Part shown: positions 14,111-27,148 of the stretch, piece after piece
Layout: the number at the start of each line of letters is the position of its first letter
Numbering within the stretch: position 1 is the stretch's first letter
Assembly (NCBI RefSeq): GCF_006345805.1
Contig: NC_043002.1
Location: forward strand, 98,208,001-98,272,000
Direction of reading: 5' to 3'
Length of the DNA stretch: 64,000 bases
DNA from: Octopus sinensis
Taxonomy: Eukaryota
Made by a program: the position numbers and the translations under genes
Notes under the pieces: generated by a model
Database searches by the model: none
The model's input: only the letters and a program-made list of their open reading frames with translations
What the model was told of the DNA's origin: nothing

Positions 14111-14519
14111 GGATCCGAATGTTGGAAAACAACCAAAAATATTGAAAAGAAATTGGAAGTGTTTCAAAATAAATGTTTACGAAAAATTATGAAGGTCTGC
14201 TGGCCGAATATGATCTTGAGTAACCAACTACACACCAAGGCTAAGGTGAAACCAATAAGAGAAACTATTGAATCAAGGAAATGGAAATGGCTGGATCGAG
14301 TTTGTCGCTATAAACCGAACCCAATTGTCAGGAGGATCGCTTTGCAATGGGTTCCACAAGGTGAAAGAAGACGTGGCTGACCAAAGGAAACATGGCGAAG
14401 AATAATAAAAAAGCAGAGGGTTAACAATGGAACAAGTTGTCAAGGACGCGTTCAGTGTTAGAAAGTGGAATGATCTTGCTGTCGACTTAAGTCCCACAAG
14501 GCACAATGAATGAATGAAT
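14111..14519 (+). mobile_element. RTE-clade LINE 3' end (5'-truncated)
   Basis: YGSECW..KKLEVFQNKCLRKIMKV..RKWKWL..ALQWVPQGERRRG; (TGAA)n tail; TSD GTTTCAGTAT at 14101-14110 and 14520-14529. Confidence 0.85.
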
Positions 14520-14889
14520 GTTTCAGTATTTGGTAATAAATGATGTCACATTATAAATGCAATCTATAGATACACCTTATAAGTACAGCATGCACAATCA
14601 TATTCATTCATGCTGCATTTATGAGATGCATTTATGGATGGCATTTATAGTGTGACATCAGTCTTTTTATATTGTCTTTATACTAAGTTATAACACTCCT
14701 CAGACCGCATAGAATTCTGTGCGATTATGCACCAGTTGGAGTTTAATGTTACTACCAATAAGATCCGAAACATGAACGGTAAAATTGTCGAGCATTGAGT
14801 GCATCCTTTTCTACATATCTATGTGTGTGTGCTTGTGTCGCGAACCACTACACGTTCTTTATTTTCTCTCCTTGTTTCTTTCTGTGTTC

Positions 14890-14925
14890 CTTTCTGTGGA
14901 AGAGCGTAGGCTCGAAACGTCAAAG
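14890..14925 (+). ncRNA. Minimal type I hammerhead-like motif (core CUGUNGA variant)
   Basis: CTTT-CTGTGGA-A-GAGC/GTAG/GCTC-GAAAC-GTC-AAAG; stem I CTTT/AAAG; palindromic stem III ACGT. Confidence 0.55.
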
Positions 14926-15042
14926 ACTTTTTTCACTTCCCGAGCGTTATACTAATAAATCTGTTTGCTGTCTACACCACCTGTCTTCGTCTTTTTTTTT
15001 GTGAATTCTCACTATATATATATATACCTTTCCTCTCACACT

Positions 15043-15097
15043 GTCTCCGATGAAGGGATATTATTATTAATTAATATTCTAGAAACACCTGTACGAC
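15043..15097 (+). ncRNA. Minimal hammerhead-like motif (core CCGAUGA)
   Basis: GTCT-CCGATGA-AGGGATA..TATTCTA-GAAAC-ACCT-GTA-CGAC. Confidence 0.55.
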
Positions 15098-15190
15098 CTT
15101 CTATCTATAAATGCTCTAATATCTATACAGCCTTGGGTTTTTTTATCTCATTACACAAAAAAATTATATATATATATATATATATATACA

Positions 15191-15581
15191 CATGTCGTCG
15201 TCGACTTACGACCTATCCAAATTACGATCGATAGATTTTACGATGATTGGTGCACCAGCTCCCGGCAGCAATAATAAGTAGTCCGGTTGAAATCGAATGG
15301 GTTTAATTTATTTGAAATTAACCCGTCTATGGATGATGTCAGCTAACAAATGCTTTCCCTAGCTTTGGTTATCGATCGCCACTGTGTTGCGTGACTATTT
15401 TGTCACCGAGACATCGTATTTGTTTATATGACGGCTGTTTGGGTCTACGAAATTTTTTACTAACGCCATGAAAGTGCGTTAAGAATGTAAAAATAATATA
15501 AAACAAACCTAGGTAGGTCTATAGGCCGACTTACAACCAGTCAGTCGGAACCGATTATAGTCGTACGTAGACGACGACCTG
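15191..15581. mobile_element. pogo/Tigger-like MITE
   Basis: ~22-bp TIRs CATGTCGTCGTCGACTTACGAC / GTCGTACGTAGACGACGACCTG; TA on the right flank. Confidence 0.75.
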
Positions 15582-15590
15582 TATACATAC

Positions 15591-15667
<77 letters not shown>

Positions 15668-15754
15668 TGTGCGTGTGTGTGTGTGTGTGAATATCCGTAT
15701 ATGTATATGTCTAGATGTATTGTATGGTATATATATAATATATATATATATATA

Positions 15755-15810
<56 letters not shown>

Positions 15811-16174
15811 TTCCACCATGTTTCCTTTGGTCAGCCACGTCTTCTTTCACCTTGTGGAACCCATTGCAAAGCGATCCTCCTGACAATTGGGTTCGGTTTA
15901 TAGCGACCAACTCGACCCAGCCATTTCCATTTCCTTGCTTCAATAGTTTCTCTTATTGGTTTCACCTTAGCCTTGGTGTGTAGTTGGTTATTCAAGATCA
16001 TATTCAGCGAGCAGACCTTCATAATTTTTCGTAAACATTTACTTTGAAACACTTCCAATTTCTTTTCAATATCTTTGGTTGTTTTCCAACATTCGGATCC
16101 ATACTGAAACTTATAATAGATGAAATAGAAGAATACCGAGTCCAAGCCTATGTTTTCTTTTATATTATTCTCTC
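15811..16174 (-). repeat. Inverted duplicate of 14036-14400 (RTE fragment plus its unique 5' flank)
   Basis: Reverse complement matches, including ~65 bp of flank upstream of the TSD. Confidence 0.9.
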
Positions 16175-16274
16175 GATATATAATATATATATATATATAT
16201 ATCACACTCGGTTCCACATCTCCTTTTTTTAAATATATATAGATATATAGATATATAATATATATATATATATA

Positions 16275-16316
<42 letters not shown>

Positions 16317-16722
16317 TATGATGTACATTAAACACAAAAGAAGCAACATTTAACAGACACCTTTACACATTAGAATAAGCAGTCAAAACGACCAAAACCA
16401 CATTAAGAGCAATTTCGACACTATTTTACATTGAGAATACGTTGTCTATTGAATTTTATACATGCTAGGCCACTGGAAGTGAAATTAAAAAAAATATACT
16501 CGCTACCCTATATAATTTACGTATATGATTTTAGCATTTTCATAAGATTAGTTTGTCATTGTTTTCATTTGTTGCCGACTGAAAGTGCGCCTTCGCGGTG
16601 AATTTGAAAAATTATAATATATAATGATGAGACGCGTGTTATTTGTCTCTAAATTATATGCTAATGTTATGACGCGGTCACTGATGAGAATTTCGCCTAG
16701 CAAATTATTTTATTTGCTAAAT

Positions 16723-16822
16723 NNNNNNNNNNNNNNNNNNNNNNNNNNNNNNNNNNNNNNNNNNNNNNNNNNNNNNNNNNNNNNNNNNNNNNNNNNNNNN
16801 NNNNNNNNNNNNNNNNNNNNNN
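16723..16822. other. Assembly gap (100 N)
   Basis: Run of N. Confidence 1.
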
Positions 16823-17720
16823 AAAAAGAAAGCGAGAGGGAGGGGAAGGTGGAAGAAGAGAGAGAGAGAGAAGAGAGAGAGTCATGGTGCGAAAGAGAAA
16901 GTGAAAGAGGCGGAAAGAGAAGCGCGAGGAAGGGGAAGGTGGAAGAAGAGAGAAGAGAAGAGAGAGTTTATGTGCGAAGGTGATAAGGTGAAAGAGGCGG
17001 GGGGGGGCGGGAAAGAGAAAGCGAGAGGAAGGGGAAGGTGGAAGAAGAGAGAGAGAGAGAGAGGAGGAGAGAGAGTGGCATGTTGGGGGTTTCGAGAAGA
17101 GAAAGTGAAATAGGGCGAAGAGAAAACGAGAGGAATGGGAAGGTGGAAGAAGAGAGGAGGAGAGAGAGAGAGAGAGTGAATGGTAAAAAGAGAAAGTGAA
17201 AGAGGCGGGAAGAGAAAGCGAGAGGAAGGGGAAGGTGGAAGATGGAGGAGAGAGAGAGAGAGTGCATGGTACGAAAGAGAAAGTGAAAGAGGCGGGAAGA
17301 GAAAGCGAGAGGAAGGGGAAGGTGGAAGAAGAGAGGAGAGAGAGAAGAGAGTGCATGGTGCGAAAGAGAAAGTGAAAGAGGCGGGAAGAGAAAGCGAGAG
17401 GAAGGGGAAGGTGGAAGAAGAGAGAGAGAGAGAGTGCATGGTGCGAAAGAGAAAGTGAAAGAGGCGGGAAGAGAAAGAGAGAGGAAGGGGAAGGTGGAAG
17501 AAGAGAGGAGAGAGAGAGAGAGTGCATGGTGCGAAAGAGAAAGAGAAAGAGGCGGGAAGAGAAAGCGAGAGGGAGAGGAAGGTGGAAGAAGAGAGGAGAG
17601 AGAGAGAGTGCATGGTGCGAAAGAGAAAGTGAAAGAGGCGGGAAGAGAAAGCGAGAGGGAGGGAGGGGAAGGTGGAAGAAGAGAGGAGAAGAGAGAGAGA
17701 GAGAGAGGGGGGGAGAAAGA
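16823..17720. repeat. Purine-rich minisatellite, ~88-bp unit, ~10 copies
   Basis: Unit GTGCATGGTGCGAAAGAGAAAGTGAAAGAGGCGGGAAGAGAAAGCGAGAGGAAGGGGAAGGTGGAAGAAGAG(AG)n; starts at ~17262, 17351, 17435, 17522, 17608. Confidence 0.9.
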
Positions 17721-17759
17721 AAAGCAGATGGGAGGAGAGATAAATGATGAGAGCATGTT

Positions 17760-18014
17760 TGAGTGACTGCGTGTGAAGTTTTGTATGTATGTCTGTATGT
17801 GTGTGTGTGTAAGTGAATGAATGTGTGTATGTGTGTATGTGTGTGTGTATGTGAGTGTGTGTATGTGAGTGTGTGTATGTGTGTGTGTGTGTGAGTGTGT
17901 GTGTTTTGCAAAGAGTGAGTATTAGAGCGAAAAAGTAGATAGAAGAATGAGAGTGACAAGAAAGCCATTAGAGGGAGAGAGAGTTAGAGAGAGGGAGAGA
18001 GAGAGAGAGAGAGT

Positions 18015-18045
<31 letters not shown>

Positions 18046-18100
18046 AGAGAGAGAGAGAGAGAGTTAGAGAGAGAGAGAGAGGGATAAAAGGAGAGAGAGT

Positions 18101-18134
<34 letters not shown>

Positions 18135-18600
18135 GTGTGTGTATTAAGAGAACGGAGAAGAAAGATCTTAAAGAGTTAGTAATAAAGAAAAAACGCGCGA
18201 GAGAGAGAAGACAACAGAAAGAGAATGAAACGGGGAAATAGAAGGGAAAGGAATGTCAAGGAAAGAGGAGAAAAGGGGAGAGAGGGAAAACGGAAGGAGA
18301 GAGAGTGGGGTTTGGAGAAGTTATACAGGTGAGAAGGGAAGAGAAGTAGGAAGGGAGTGGAGAGAAAATAAAACAAAAACGAAAAGTACCAAAGAGGATA
18401 TATAGAGTGAGAGTGAGTGAAAGAGTGTGAGAGATAGAGAGCGAGAAAGAGAAATAGAGAAGCAGAGTGAGAGAGATAGAGAGAGAGAAACAGAGAGAGA
18501 GAGAGAGAGAGAGAGAAAGAGTGTGAGAGATATGGAGAGAGAAACAGAGAGAGAGAGAGAGAGAGAAGTGATTAAGAGGGGAGAAAATTCTAAAAACGAA
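17760..18600. repeat. (TG)n, (GA)n and purine-rich low-complexity sequence
   Basis: Direct observation. Confidence 0.9.
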
Positions 18601-18844
18601 AAGATAAAAAGAATTTGTTGGTTTCAAATTTTGGTTCAAGGGCAAGCTAAGCATTTTGTCCGGTGAGCTAAGGTCTCTGTCAGTTCGCCGCCTTAAATAC
18701 AGAGAATGTACTGGTTTCAGCATTTTAGCACAAGGCTAGCAATTTCGAGGGACGGGGGTAAGTCAACCGCAGTGATCAACTGGTACTTATTTTATCGACC
18801 TCGGAAGTATAAAAGAATTTTTGAAGAGCCCAAGCCTTCTGAAG

Positions 18845-19082
18845 TTTCTTATTTCTTTACTTCCGACAAGGAGCTGAACATAGAGGGGACAAACAAGGAC
18901 AGACAAACGGATTAAGTCTATTATATCAACCCCAGTGCGTAACTGGTACTTAATGTATCGACCCCGAAAGGATGAAGGGCAAAGTCGACCTCGGTGGAAT
19001 TTGAACCCAGAACGTAAAGACGAATAAAATTATGCTAAGCACTCAACTCGTCGCGCTAACGATGCTGCCAGCTCGCCGCCTT
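18845..19082 (-). mobile_element. SINE family B
   Basis: Reverse complement match to family B consensus. Confidence 0.85.
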
Positions 19083-19194
19083 AGGTAAAGAGAATATATT
19101 AAAATACAAGAGAGAGATGGTGGGGAGAAAGAGAGACAGACAGATAGAGAGTGAGGCTAAAGAATGTTCTGGCAGACTTTTGCCAAAGTACTTA

Positions 19195-19588
19195 TCTTTA
19201 TATATAAAAGTGAAGTTGTGTGTCTGTCTCCTACGATTTAGATTCCTAACTACTCCCACATTTTGCGGTGCAGTTTAACCAAAACCGAGTATCTTATAGT
19301 CGTGATTCATATCGAGCCCTTCTGGGTATTAGCGCGCGTCTACGATGAGTCTACGATTTAAAAAAACATTTACCATCATTTTTCCCATTTTTAATGCATT
19401 TTTTTGCAATTATATAAGGGAAGTAACTCTCTAAAAATGTATTATTAAATCTCAGAACGTAAAAAGCTACAGTAACACCCCCCTTTGTGGTTAGCAATAT
19501 TGAGATGGCTATTATACTTTACATCTCTAAAAATGCTTATATAGTTATTTCCCTTACAAACCCGAGCAACGCCGGGCGATACTGCTAG
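19195..19588 (+). mobile_element. Non-autonomous Helitron-like element
   Basis: Starts A|TC, ends CTAG|T, subterminal hairpin CCCGAGCAACGCCGGG, no TSD; homologs at 46514-47022 and 35786-36153. Confidence 0.85.
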
Positions 19589-19800
19589 TAAGACATAAAT
19601 AGCAAATAAATGAGGCAAGAAAATAATCTCACTCTCATTCTCCATGCCTTCTACAAGGCTGCTGCTGATAAATAGATCTATAAGCTATCTTATTGGCCAA
19701 ACTATGCGCTAAAAATATATGCTAAAACTATAGGCCAAATATAGGCTTAAAACATTTAAGATAAATTAGGTTCTTCACTCTCAGCTTATTATTATAATTT

Positions 19801-20164
19801 GTGGAGGCGCAATGGCCCAGTGGTTAGGGCAGCGGATTCGCGGTTTCGATTCCCAGACCGGGCGTTGTGAGTGTTTATTGAGCGAAAACACCTAAAGCTC
19901 CACGAAGCTCCGGCAGGGGATGGTGTTGATCCCTGCTGTACTCTTTCACCACAACTTTCTCTCACTCTTACTTCTTGTTTCTGTTGTACCTGTATTTCAA
20001 AGGGCCGGCCTTGTCACTCTCTGTGTCACGCTGAATATCCCCGAGAACTACGTTAAGGGTGCACGTGTCTGTGGAGTGCTCAGCCACTTACACGTTAATT
20101 TCACGAGCAGGCTGTTCCGTTGATTCGGATCAACCTCGTCGTCGTAACCGATGGAGTGCTTCCA
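19801..20164 (+). mobile_element. SINE family C
   Basis: Full copy; TSD ATTATTATAATTT. Confidence 0.9.
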
Positions 20165-20206
20165 TCATTATTATAATTTAAACTACAGGGTAAATATAAA
20201 TGTATA

Positions 20207-20290
20207 CAGTGATCCCTCGACTATCGTGGATATTACGTTCCAAAGCCCAACGCGATAGATGAAAATCCGCGAAGTAGAAACAGTATTGTA
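20207..20290 (+). mobile_element. pogo/Tigger-like terminus fragment
   Basis: TA|CAGTGATCCCTCGACTATCG; second copy at 53088-53175. Confidence 0.6.
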
Positions 20291-20509
20291 CCGTGTATTT
20301 TTTATTTTATTTTATTATCAATGGAAAACATCGAACACTCGCCTCACGAGTTTTGCTTTCCATACAGTATGTGCGATTCTTTGCTCACTCATCTACGGTA
20401 TACAGCGTATTTTCTTTTAATATATTTTAATCATGGAGATGTACTTGCATGGCAAGTGACCTGATCTGAGATCGTGTGCTGGAACGAAAACAATTGCAGC
20501 GGGGAAGGT

Positions 20510-20690
20510 GCAAACACACACACGTACATATATATATATATATATACATATATACGACGGGCTTTTTTCAGTTTCCGTTGACCAAATCCACTCACAAGGC
20601 TTTGGTCGGCCCGAGGCTATAGCAGTGGGACTGAACCCAGAACCATGTGGTTGGTAAACAAGCTACTTACCACACAGCCACTCCTGCGCC
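20510..20690 (-). mobile_element. SINE family A 5' half with internal deletion
   Basis: Homology to family A. Confidence 0.8.
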
Positions 20691-20919
20691 TATACTTCAT
20701 ATTTTTGTAGAGTATGAACTTATTCTTAAACAAGAAGTTTCGGCTAGCCATGCCACTGTCGGACTGGTTGAAACTTCGAAGTCACAGTCAACAGCATTCT
20801 TGTTTAAGAATTATATATACTGTATATACACGACGGGGACTTTTAAATATAAAAGTCTTATTTTCATGGCGTATATGTAACGAATCTTCACAACTTTCCC
20901 CTCAACAACGCCATCACTC

Positions 20920-21066
20920 GGCTGTTACTTTACTTTATCGACCACGAAAGGATGAAAAGCAAAGTTGGCCTCGGCAGGATTTAATCTCAGAACGTAAAGC
21001 GTCGGTATAAATGTTACTAAGCATTTTATGTCCGACGTGCTTAACGATTCTGCCAGCTCGTCGCCT
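20920..21066 (-). mobile_element. Older SINE family B fragment
   Basis: Reverse complement of head and core. Confidence 0.7.
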
Positions 21067-21095
21067 TTAACCAAGCTATACTCGTTCGCAAAGAA

Positions 21096-21326
21096 GGCGG
21101 TGAGCTGGCAGAAACGTTAGCACGCCGGGCGAAATGCGTAGCCGTATTTCGTCTGCCATTACGTTCTGAGTTCAAATTCCGCCGAAGTCGACTTTGCCTT
21201 TCATCCTTCTGGGGTCGATAAATTAAGTACCAGTTACGCACTGGGGTCGATGTAATCGACTTAATCCGTTTGTCTGTCCTTGTTTGTCCCCTCTATGTTT
21301 AGCTCCTTGTGGGCAGTAAAGAAATA
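21096..21326 (+). mobile_element. SINE family B
   Basis: 14-bp TSD TATACTCGTTCGCA at 21077-21090 and 21327-21340. Confidence 0.9.
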
Positions 21327-21612
21327 TATACTCGTTCGCATATGACCGCTGGTTGTATTTCCTTTGTACTACGAAACAACAAACGGCCTCTACGTAGAAA
21401 TGACCACACGTATTCTTCAAGCAAAGATATCTTCAAATGACCGTACACATTCTTAAGGGAAAGACACTTTACTTAATATAGCTCTAGTTGCACGTAGGAT
21501 GACCATAGTCGTAATGTTTTTAATCTACGAAACTAATGTGCCTGTACATGATGACTTGATCTGTAAGAAATAGCAACCATATTTCCTTCAAGTAACACAC
21601 ACACATACACAC

Positions 21613-21998
21613 GTGGAGGCGCAATGGCCCAGTGGTTAGGGCAGCGGACTCGCGGTCGTAGGATCGCGGTTTCGATTCCCAGACCGGGCGTTGTGAGTGT
21701 TTATTGAGCGAAAACACCTAAAAGCTCCACGAAGCTCCGGCAGGGGATGGTGGTGATCCCTGCTGTACTCTTTCACCATAACTTTCTCTCACTCTTACTT
21801 CCTGTTTCTGTTGTACCTGTATTTCAAAGGGCCGGCCTTGTCACTCTCTGTGTCACGCTGAATATCCCCGAGAACTGCGTTAAGGGTACACGTGTCTGTG
21901 GAGTGCTCAGCCACTTACACGTTAATTTCACGAGCAGGCTGTTCCGTTGATCGGATCAACCGGAACCCTCGTCGTCGTAACCGACGGAGTGCTTTCAT
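21613..21998 (+). mobile_element. SINE family C, full length
   Basis: GTGGAGGCGCAATGGCCCAGTGG head; inserted in a CA tract. Confidence 0.9.
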
Positions 21999-22679
21999 CC
22001 CACACATACACACACACGCACACGCACACACACACGCACACATATATACACATACAAACTTCCTTTAAGGGAAGAGACTTTGCTTCATATACTTTTAGAA
22101 GCACTTGAAATGTGGATATGATCGGAATGATTTTGATAGCAAATCTGCCCGTTCAGAACTGACATATGGCTTGCGGACGCATAATATATCCGGGCCATCA
22201 CCAGTGTCCCACGGCTCAACAATAAAAACAACTACAAACCATCATTAACATCACCAAGGAAAACATTAACAACAATATCACCACCACCACCACCATCACC
22301 AACAGCAACAAAAACAACAACAACAACAACAGCACCACTACCACCAGAAATAATCTTATTTAGCAGATGCTAGTGCGTAACAATTGTACACTAAGTTGGC
22401 ATATGTACAGAAATTCGCAACAGATTTATTGCCAGAGCGGAACCGAGATATCAAAGAGATTTTCGGGAGATTCTATTAAATGAAAATTAATCATAACATT
22501 TGATTTGATTTTCTACGCATGAGAAATAATCGATTACTTGGGCAACAAATATCTAGTAGAAAAAATATCAGTTGGGGTTCGTTTTGTATATATTTTTTTC
22601 ACACGTAAGCATAATCACATATATACACTCACACATGCATGGTTGTGCATGTACAATCATACATTTGATACATCTCCAT

Positions 22680-22680
22680 A

Positions 22681-22746
<66 letters not shown>

Positions 22747-22822
22747 GTACATATATATGTACATATATATGTATATATATATGTACATATATATATACAC
22801 ATATGTACACACGTATATATAT

Positions 22823-22853
<31 letters not shown>

Positions 22854-23479
22854 CAAACACGCACACACACACGCACACAAACACGCACACACACACACAC
22901 ACACACACAGAAGCGCACTCACATATATATATGTATAAACATACATACATATAGCTATATCTATGCATGCATATGAATATATAATATTATGTTTTATATT
23001 CATACATATATTCATACATATGTTTACCTATATCAATATGTATGTACATATATATATATATATACAAGCATACACATGTTTACCTACTTCAGTAGGGTTG
23101 AACACATACATACATACATGCATATTGCTAGATTTTATGGGCATGATAATGAGCGTGTTTAAGCATATGCTGTCTTACACTCTGTGCGCATACTCCTTAT
23201 AAATTCCTTTCACAAAAAGACTCAATAACCGAACATAAAAGATCGTAATCTTACGGCTTAAGAAAGATAAGTTCCTACCCTACCAGTGACATAGGATGTG
23301 TCCTAGCAAGAGGGTTAAGCGCCTGAAAATCTCCAATCTGATTTATACGACAGAAAATCATTGAAGTGTAGAGTTTAAACCAAATGCTGTGACACATCGT
23401 ACTTGAACGGTTTAAAATATAACATTCAATCCTGTTAAATGCATTATATATATATATATATTATATATATATTATATAT

Positions 23480-23512
<33 letters not shown>

Positions 23513-23547
23513 CAGATAGATAGATAGATAGAGAGATAGATAGATAT

Positions 23548-23587
<40 letters not shown>

Positions 23588-23709
23588 ATATCTATATGTG
23601 TTGTGTGTATTGCAAGTATATATCCTTTTATCTGTGTGTGTGGTGTGTGGTGCTCCAGCGTGGCCACAGCATTTGTGCTGAAACATATAAAGAATATATA
23701 ATATATAAT

Positions 23710-23763
<54 letters not shown>

Positions 23764-23900
23764 ATATATTATATATACCTATATCTATATGTGTGTGTGT
23801 GTATGCAAGTATATATCCTTTTATCTGTGTGTGTGGTGTGTGGTGCTCCAGCGTGCCACAGCATTGTGCTGAAAAATATAAAGAATATATAATATATAAT

Positions 23901-23970
<70 letters not shown>
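22680..23970. repeat. CA/TA/GATA microsatellite cluster with a ~190-bp tandem duplication (23582-23960)
   Basis: Direct observation. Confidence 0.85.
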
Positions 23971-23971
<1 letters not shown>

Positions 23972-23972
<1 letters not shown>

Positions 23973-24220
23973 TTTTAGTTGTTTCAGTCATTTACTGCGG
24001 CCGTGCTGGAGCACCGCCTCGCCTTTGGTCAAAGTAATCGAACCAAGAACTTAATTGTTTTAAGAATAGTACTTATTCTATTCTATCGGTCTCTTTTGCC
24101 GAAACGCTACGTAATGGGGACGTAAACACACTAACATCACATCGGTTGTCAAGCGATGGTAGGGGGACAAATACAGACATACAAACATATACATACATAT
24201 TCATACATAAGAAGCCTGTC

Positions 24221-24268
<48 letters not shown>

Positions 24269-24620
24269 GACGGGCTTCTTTCAGTTTCCGTCTACCAAAT
24301 CTACTCAGAAGGCTATGGTCGGCCAATGTGCTACTCAGTAGGAGTGAACCTGGAACCATGTCGTTGAAAAGCAAGCTTCTTACCACACAGCCATCTTTTA
24401 CTTGTTTCGGTCATTGGACTACGGCTATGCTAGGGTCTTGAAGAATTTTCGTCGAAAGAATCGATCTCGTAGCTTATATGCTTTTAAAACCAGGTAAATA
24501 GTCTACCGGTCTCTTTTGCCGAACCGCTAAGTTACGTAGTCGTAAAGACACCAACACCAATGGGCAAGCGATGGTGGGGGACAAACACAGACATCAAAAC
24601 ACAAACACATTATATATATA
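23972..24620 (-). mobile_element. Two diverged SINE family A copies
   Basis: Homology to family A tail and body. Confidence 0.75.
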
Positions 24621-24955
24621 TATATATATATATACACGACGGTACGTGCAATCAAAAATACACACACACGCACTCACACACACGCACTCACACACACACA
24701 CATACACACCACACACAGATTCATGCATACACACAAACATGCAGACACAAACAGATATAAAGTAAAAGGTTGACTCTACTCCATATGATTTAAAGTTTCG
24801 TGAGTGCATAGGAGGCGTCCAAATCATCAGATGTTCAGAAAGCGTCACTTTAAGTCATATAGAGCTGAGTCTGTTATTAAATGCCCGTAACTCCAACCAG
24901 ATGTGTTGAGTGCAACCGTCATTCGTCTGTTCAATCACTGGTGCATGTGTATATA

Positions 24956-24986
<31 letters not shown>

Positions 24987-25208
24987 CAAGATAAGAAAAT
25001 GGAGAAATACATCTATCTTGTATTAGTAATTTGTGGTAAATCATTTTACCTTTGCCCATATAATACAGTAAATGAATTGATTGCATCGCAATCCTTAACA
25101 TTTATGCATTAACTTTGTTGGGTACTTCACTAGCAGTATATTGGATATATGTTATCCCATGGAGGGTTGCATTTACAACCCCTATCTCAATTTGTATATA
25201 TACATATA

Positions 25209-25243
<35 letters not shown>

Positions 25244-25455
25244 GTGCATTTATATGATTACGTTTACATACAAACACTTGAAATTAAAGAAAGCTATGCT
25301 ATGCAATTGATACACACACACATATAATATTATCCATATATTCTCTGGACACTAATCCTGTTTCTAGCAGTCAAAAGTTCATAGAAATATGTGGGTGGGC
25401 ATATCTTGCCTCTTCAACTGTATCAGCAACAAGAATCGCTTGAGAATTTATTGTT

Positions 25456-25537
<82 letters not shown>

Positions 25538-25715
25538 GCGCGTACTGCAAGAACACCGTAATGCACTTGAAATAGCCAAAACAAGTATGACATGAATACG
25601 CTCAATTTGCTTTGTGAAACCCTATCCAAAATTGCTGGCATCGCCGAAATTTTTTTTTTTTTTATTCGAAACGGAATTTAAAATTTACTTAAAGAAATAT
25701 GCTGTAGTTGTAATT

Positions 25716-26108
25716 GTGGAGGCGCAATGGCCCAGTGGCCCAGTGGTTAGGGCAGTGGACTCGCGGTCATAGGATCGCGGTTTCGATTCCCAGACCGGGC
25801 GTTGTGAGTGTTTATGGAGCGAAAGCACCTAAAAGCTCCACGAGGCTCCGGCAGGGGATGGTGGTGATCCCTGCTGTACTCTTTCACCACAACTTTCTCA
25901 AACTCTTACTTCCTGTTTCTGTTGTACCTGTATTTCAAAGGGCCGGCCTTGTCACTCTCTGTGTCACGCTGAATATCCCCGAGAACTACGTTAAGGGTAC
26001 ACGTGTCTGTGGAGTGCTCAGCCACTTACACGTTAATTTCACGAGCAGGCTGTTCCGTTGATTCGGATCAACCGGAACCCTCATCGTCGTAACCGACGGA
26101 GTGCTTCC
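25716..26108 (+). mobile_element. SINE family C (A-box region duplicated), followed by a headless B copy at 26115-26295
   Basis: Homology; TGGCCCAGTGGCCCAGTGG. Confidence 0.9.
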
Positions 26109-26334
26109 ACATTTGTTAACACGCTGAGCGAAAGGTTTAACAACGTTTCGTCCGTTTTTACGTTGAGTTCAAATTCTGCTGAGGTCGTCTTTGCCTTTCA
26201 TTCTTTCGTGGTCGATAAATTAAGAACCTGTTACGTACTGAAGTCGATAGCCACCGCCCCCTAAAAACATTTCAGGCCTTGTGCCTATAATAGAAATCAC
26301 CATTTAGTTTATTGTGAACTAGATTGTCCAATGT

Positions 26335-26590
26335 GTGGAGGCGCGTGGCTTAGTAGTTAGGGTGTCAGCATCATGATCGTAAGATTGTGGCTTCGATTCC
26401 TGGACCGGGCGACGCATTGTGTTCTTGAGCAAAACACTTCATTTCACGTTGCTCCAGTTCACTCAGATGGCAAAAGTGAGTAATCCGTCCAGCTGGGGAA
26501 CACATAAGTCATAGAAACCGGGAAACCGGACCCACGAGCCTGTCTAGGCTTTAAAAGGGCGCATTTATTATTATTATTTTTTTTGTTTTT
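26335..26590 (+). mobile_element. SINE family D (tRNA head plus Meta/CORE-like middle)
   Basis: A/B boxes; GTGTTCTTGAGCAAAACACTT..CTCCAGTTCACTCAG; 15-bp TSD TAGATTGTCCAATGT at 26320-26334 and 26591-26605. Confidence 0.85.
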
Positions 26591-27148
26591 TAGATTGTCC
26601 AATGTAGGTGACGGCATGACTGTGCATATAATCGCCCGCCTGGATGTGTATATAGGCGTAAGCTTCGCAATCACGTGGTTTTGGGGTCAGTCCTACTGCA
26701 TGGTATCTTGAGCAAGTGTCTTAGAGTAGCTTTATTAGTAAATTTGGTAGACGAAAACTGTTTGGAAGCCAGTCGTATAACCATGATGGTCCAGTGATCT
26801 AACGAGATAGATTTCTTAATTTGCACTAATTTTTGAATGTACACTTGTATTGCATACTGCTGAGTATACATATCTGAGCAACCATGTATGTATAATTTCT
26901 TGCATAGTGAAATTGATACTCCATAAAGGTTACGAAGTGGCCGTAACCCTATGAGGTTACATGGTTAAATAAATGAATATATATTCAGCTTCAAACCTCT
27001 TCACTTTATGTTTATTTGTGTGTGTATGTTTGTTTTTTTGTTTTTTGTTTTTTGTTTGTTCTCACACCACTTCATAGCAGATGTTTGCTTCTTTATGTAT
27101 CCACAATCTAGCGGTTCATTAGTAGATAACTATAGAATAAGCATCTGA

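Larger units (their letters stand above)
14840..15165 (+). mobile_element. Two adjacent Penelope-like pLTR remnants, each with a hammerhead-like motif
   Basis: Hammerhead topology at 14890-14925 and 15043-15097; homologous segments at 57490-57620, 29745-29835 and 36420-36585; embedded in (TA)n. Confidence 0.65.

Noticed and set aside
16681-16722. CTGATGAG hammerhead-like start
   Set aside because: No GAAA or stem III before the gap
16697-17968. 423-aa Ser/Leu/Phe ORF and overlapping ORFs
   Set aside because: Pyrimidine strand of a minisatellite, and it spans the N gap
21613-21690. tRNA-like sequence
   Set aside because: SINE head with A/B boxes but no proper acceptor stem; continues into the SINE body
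21747-21950. Recurrent peptides MVVIPAVLFHHNFL.. and MSSNARGTNTD..
   Set aside because: Reading frames inside multi-copy SINEs, broken differently between copies; no evidence of a protein family
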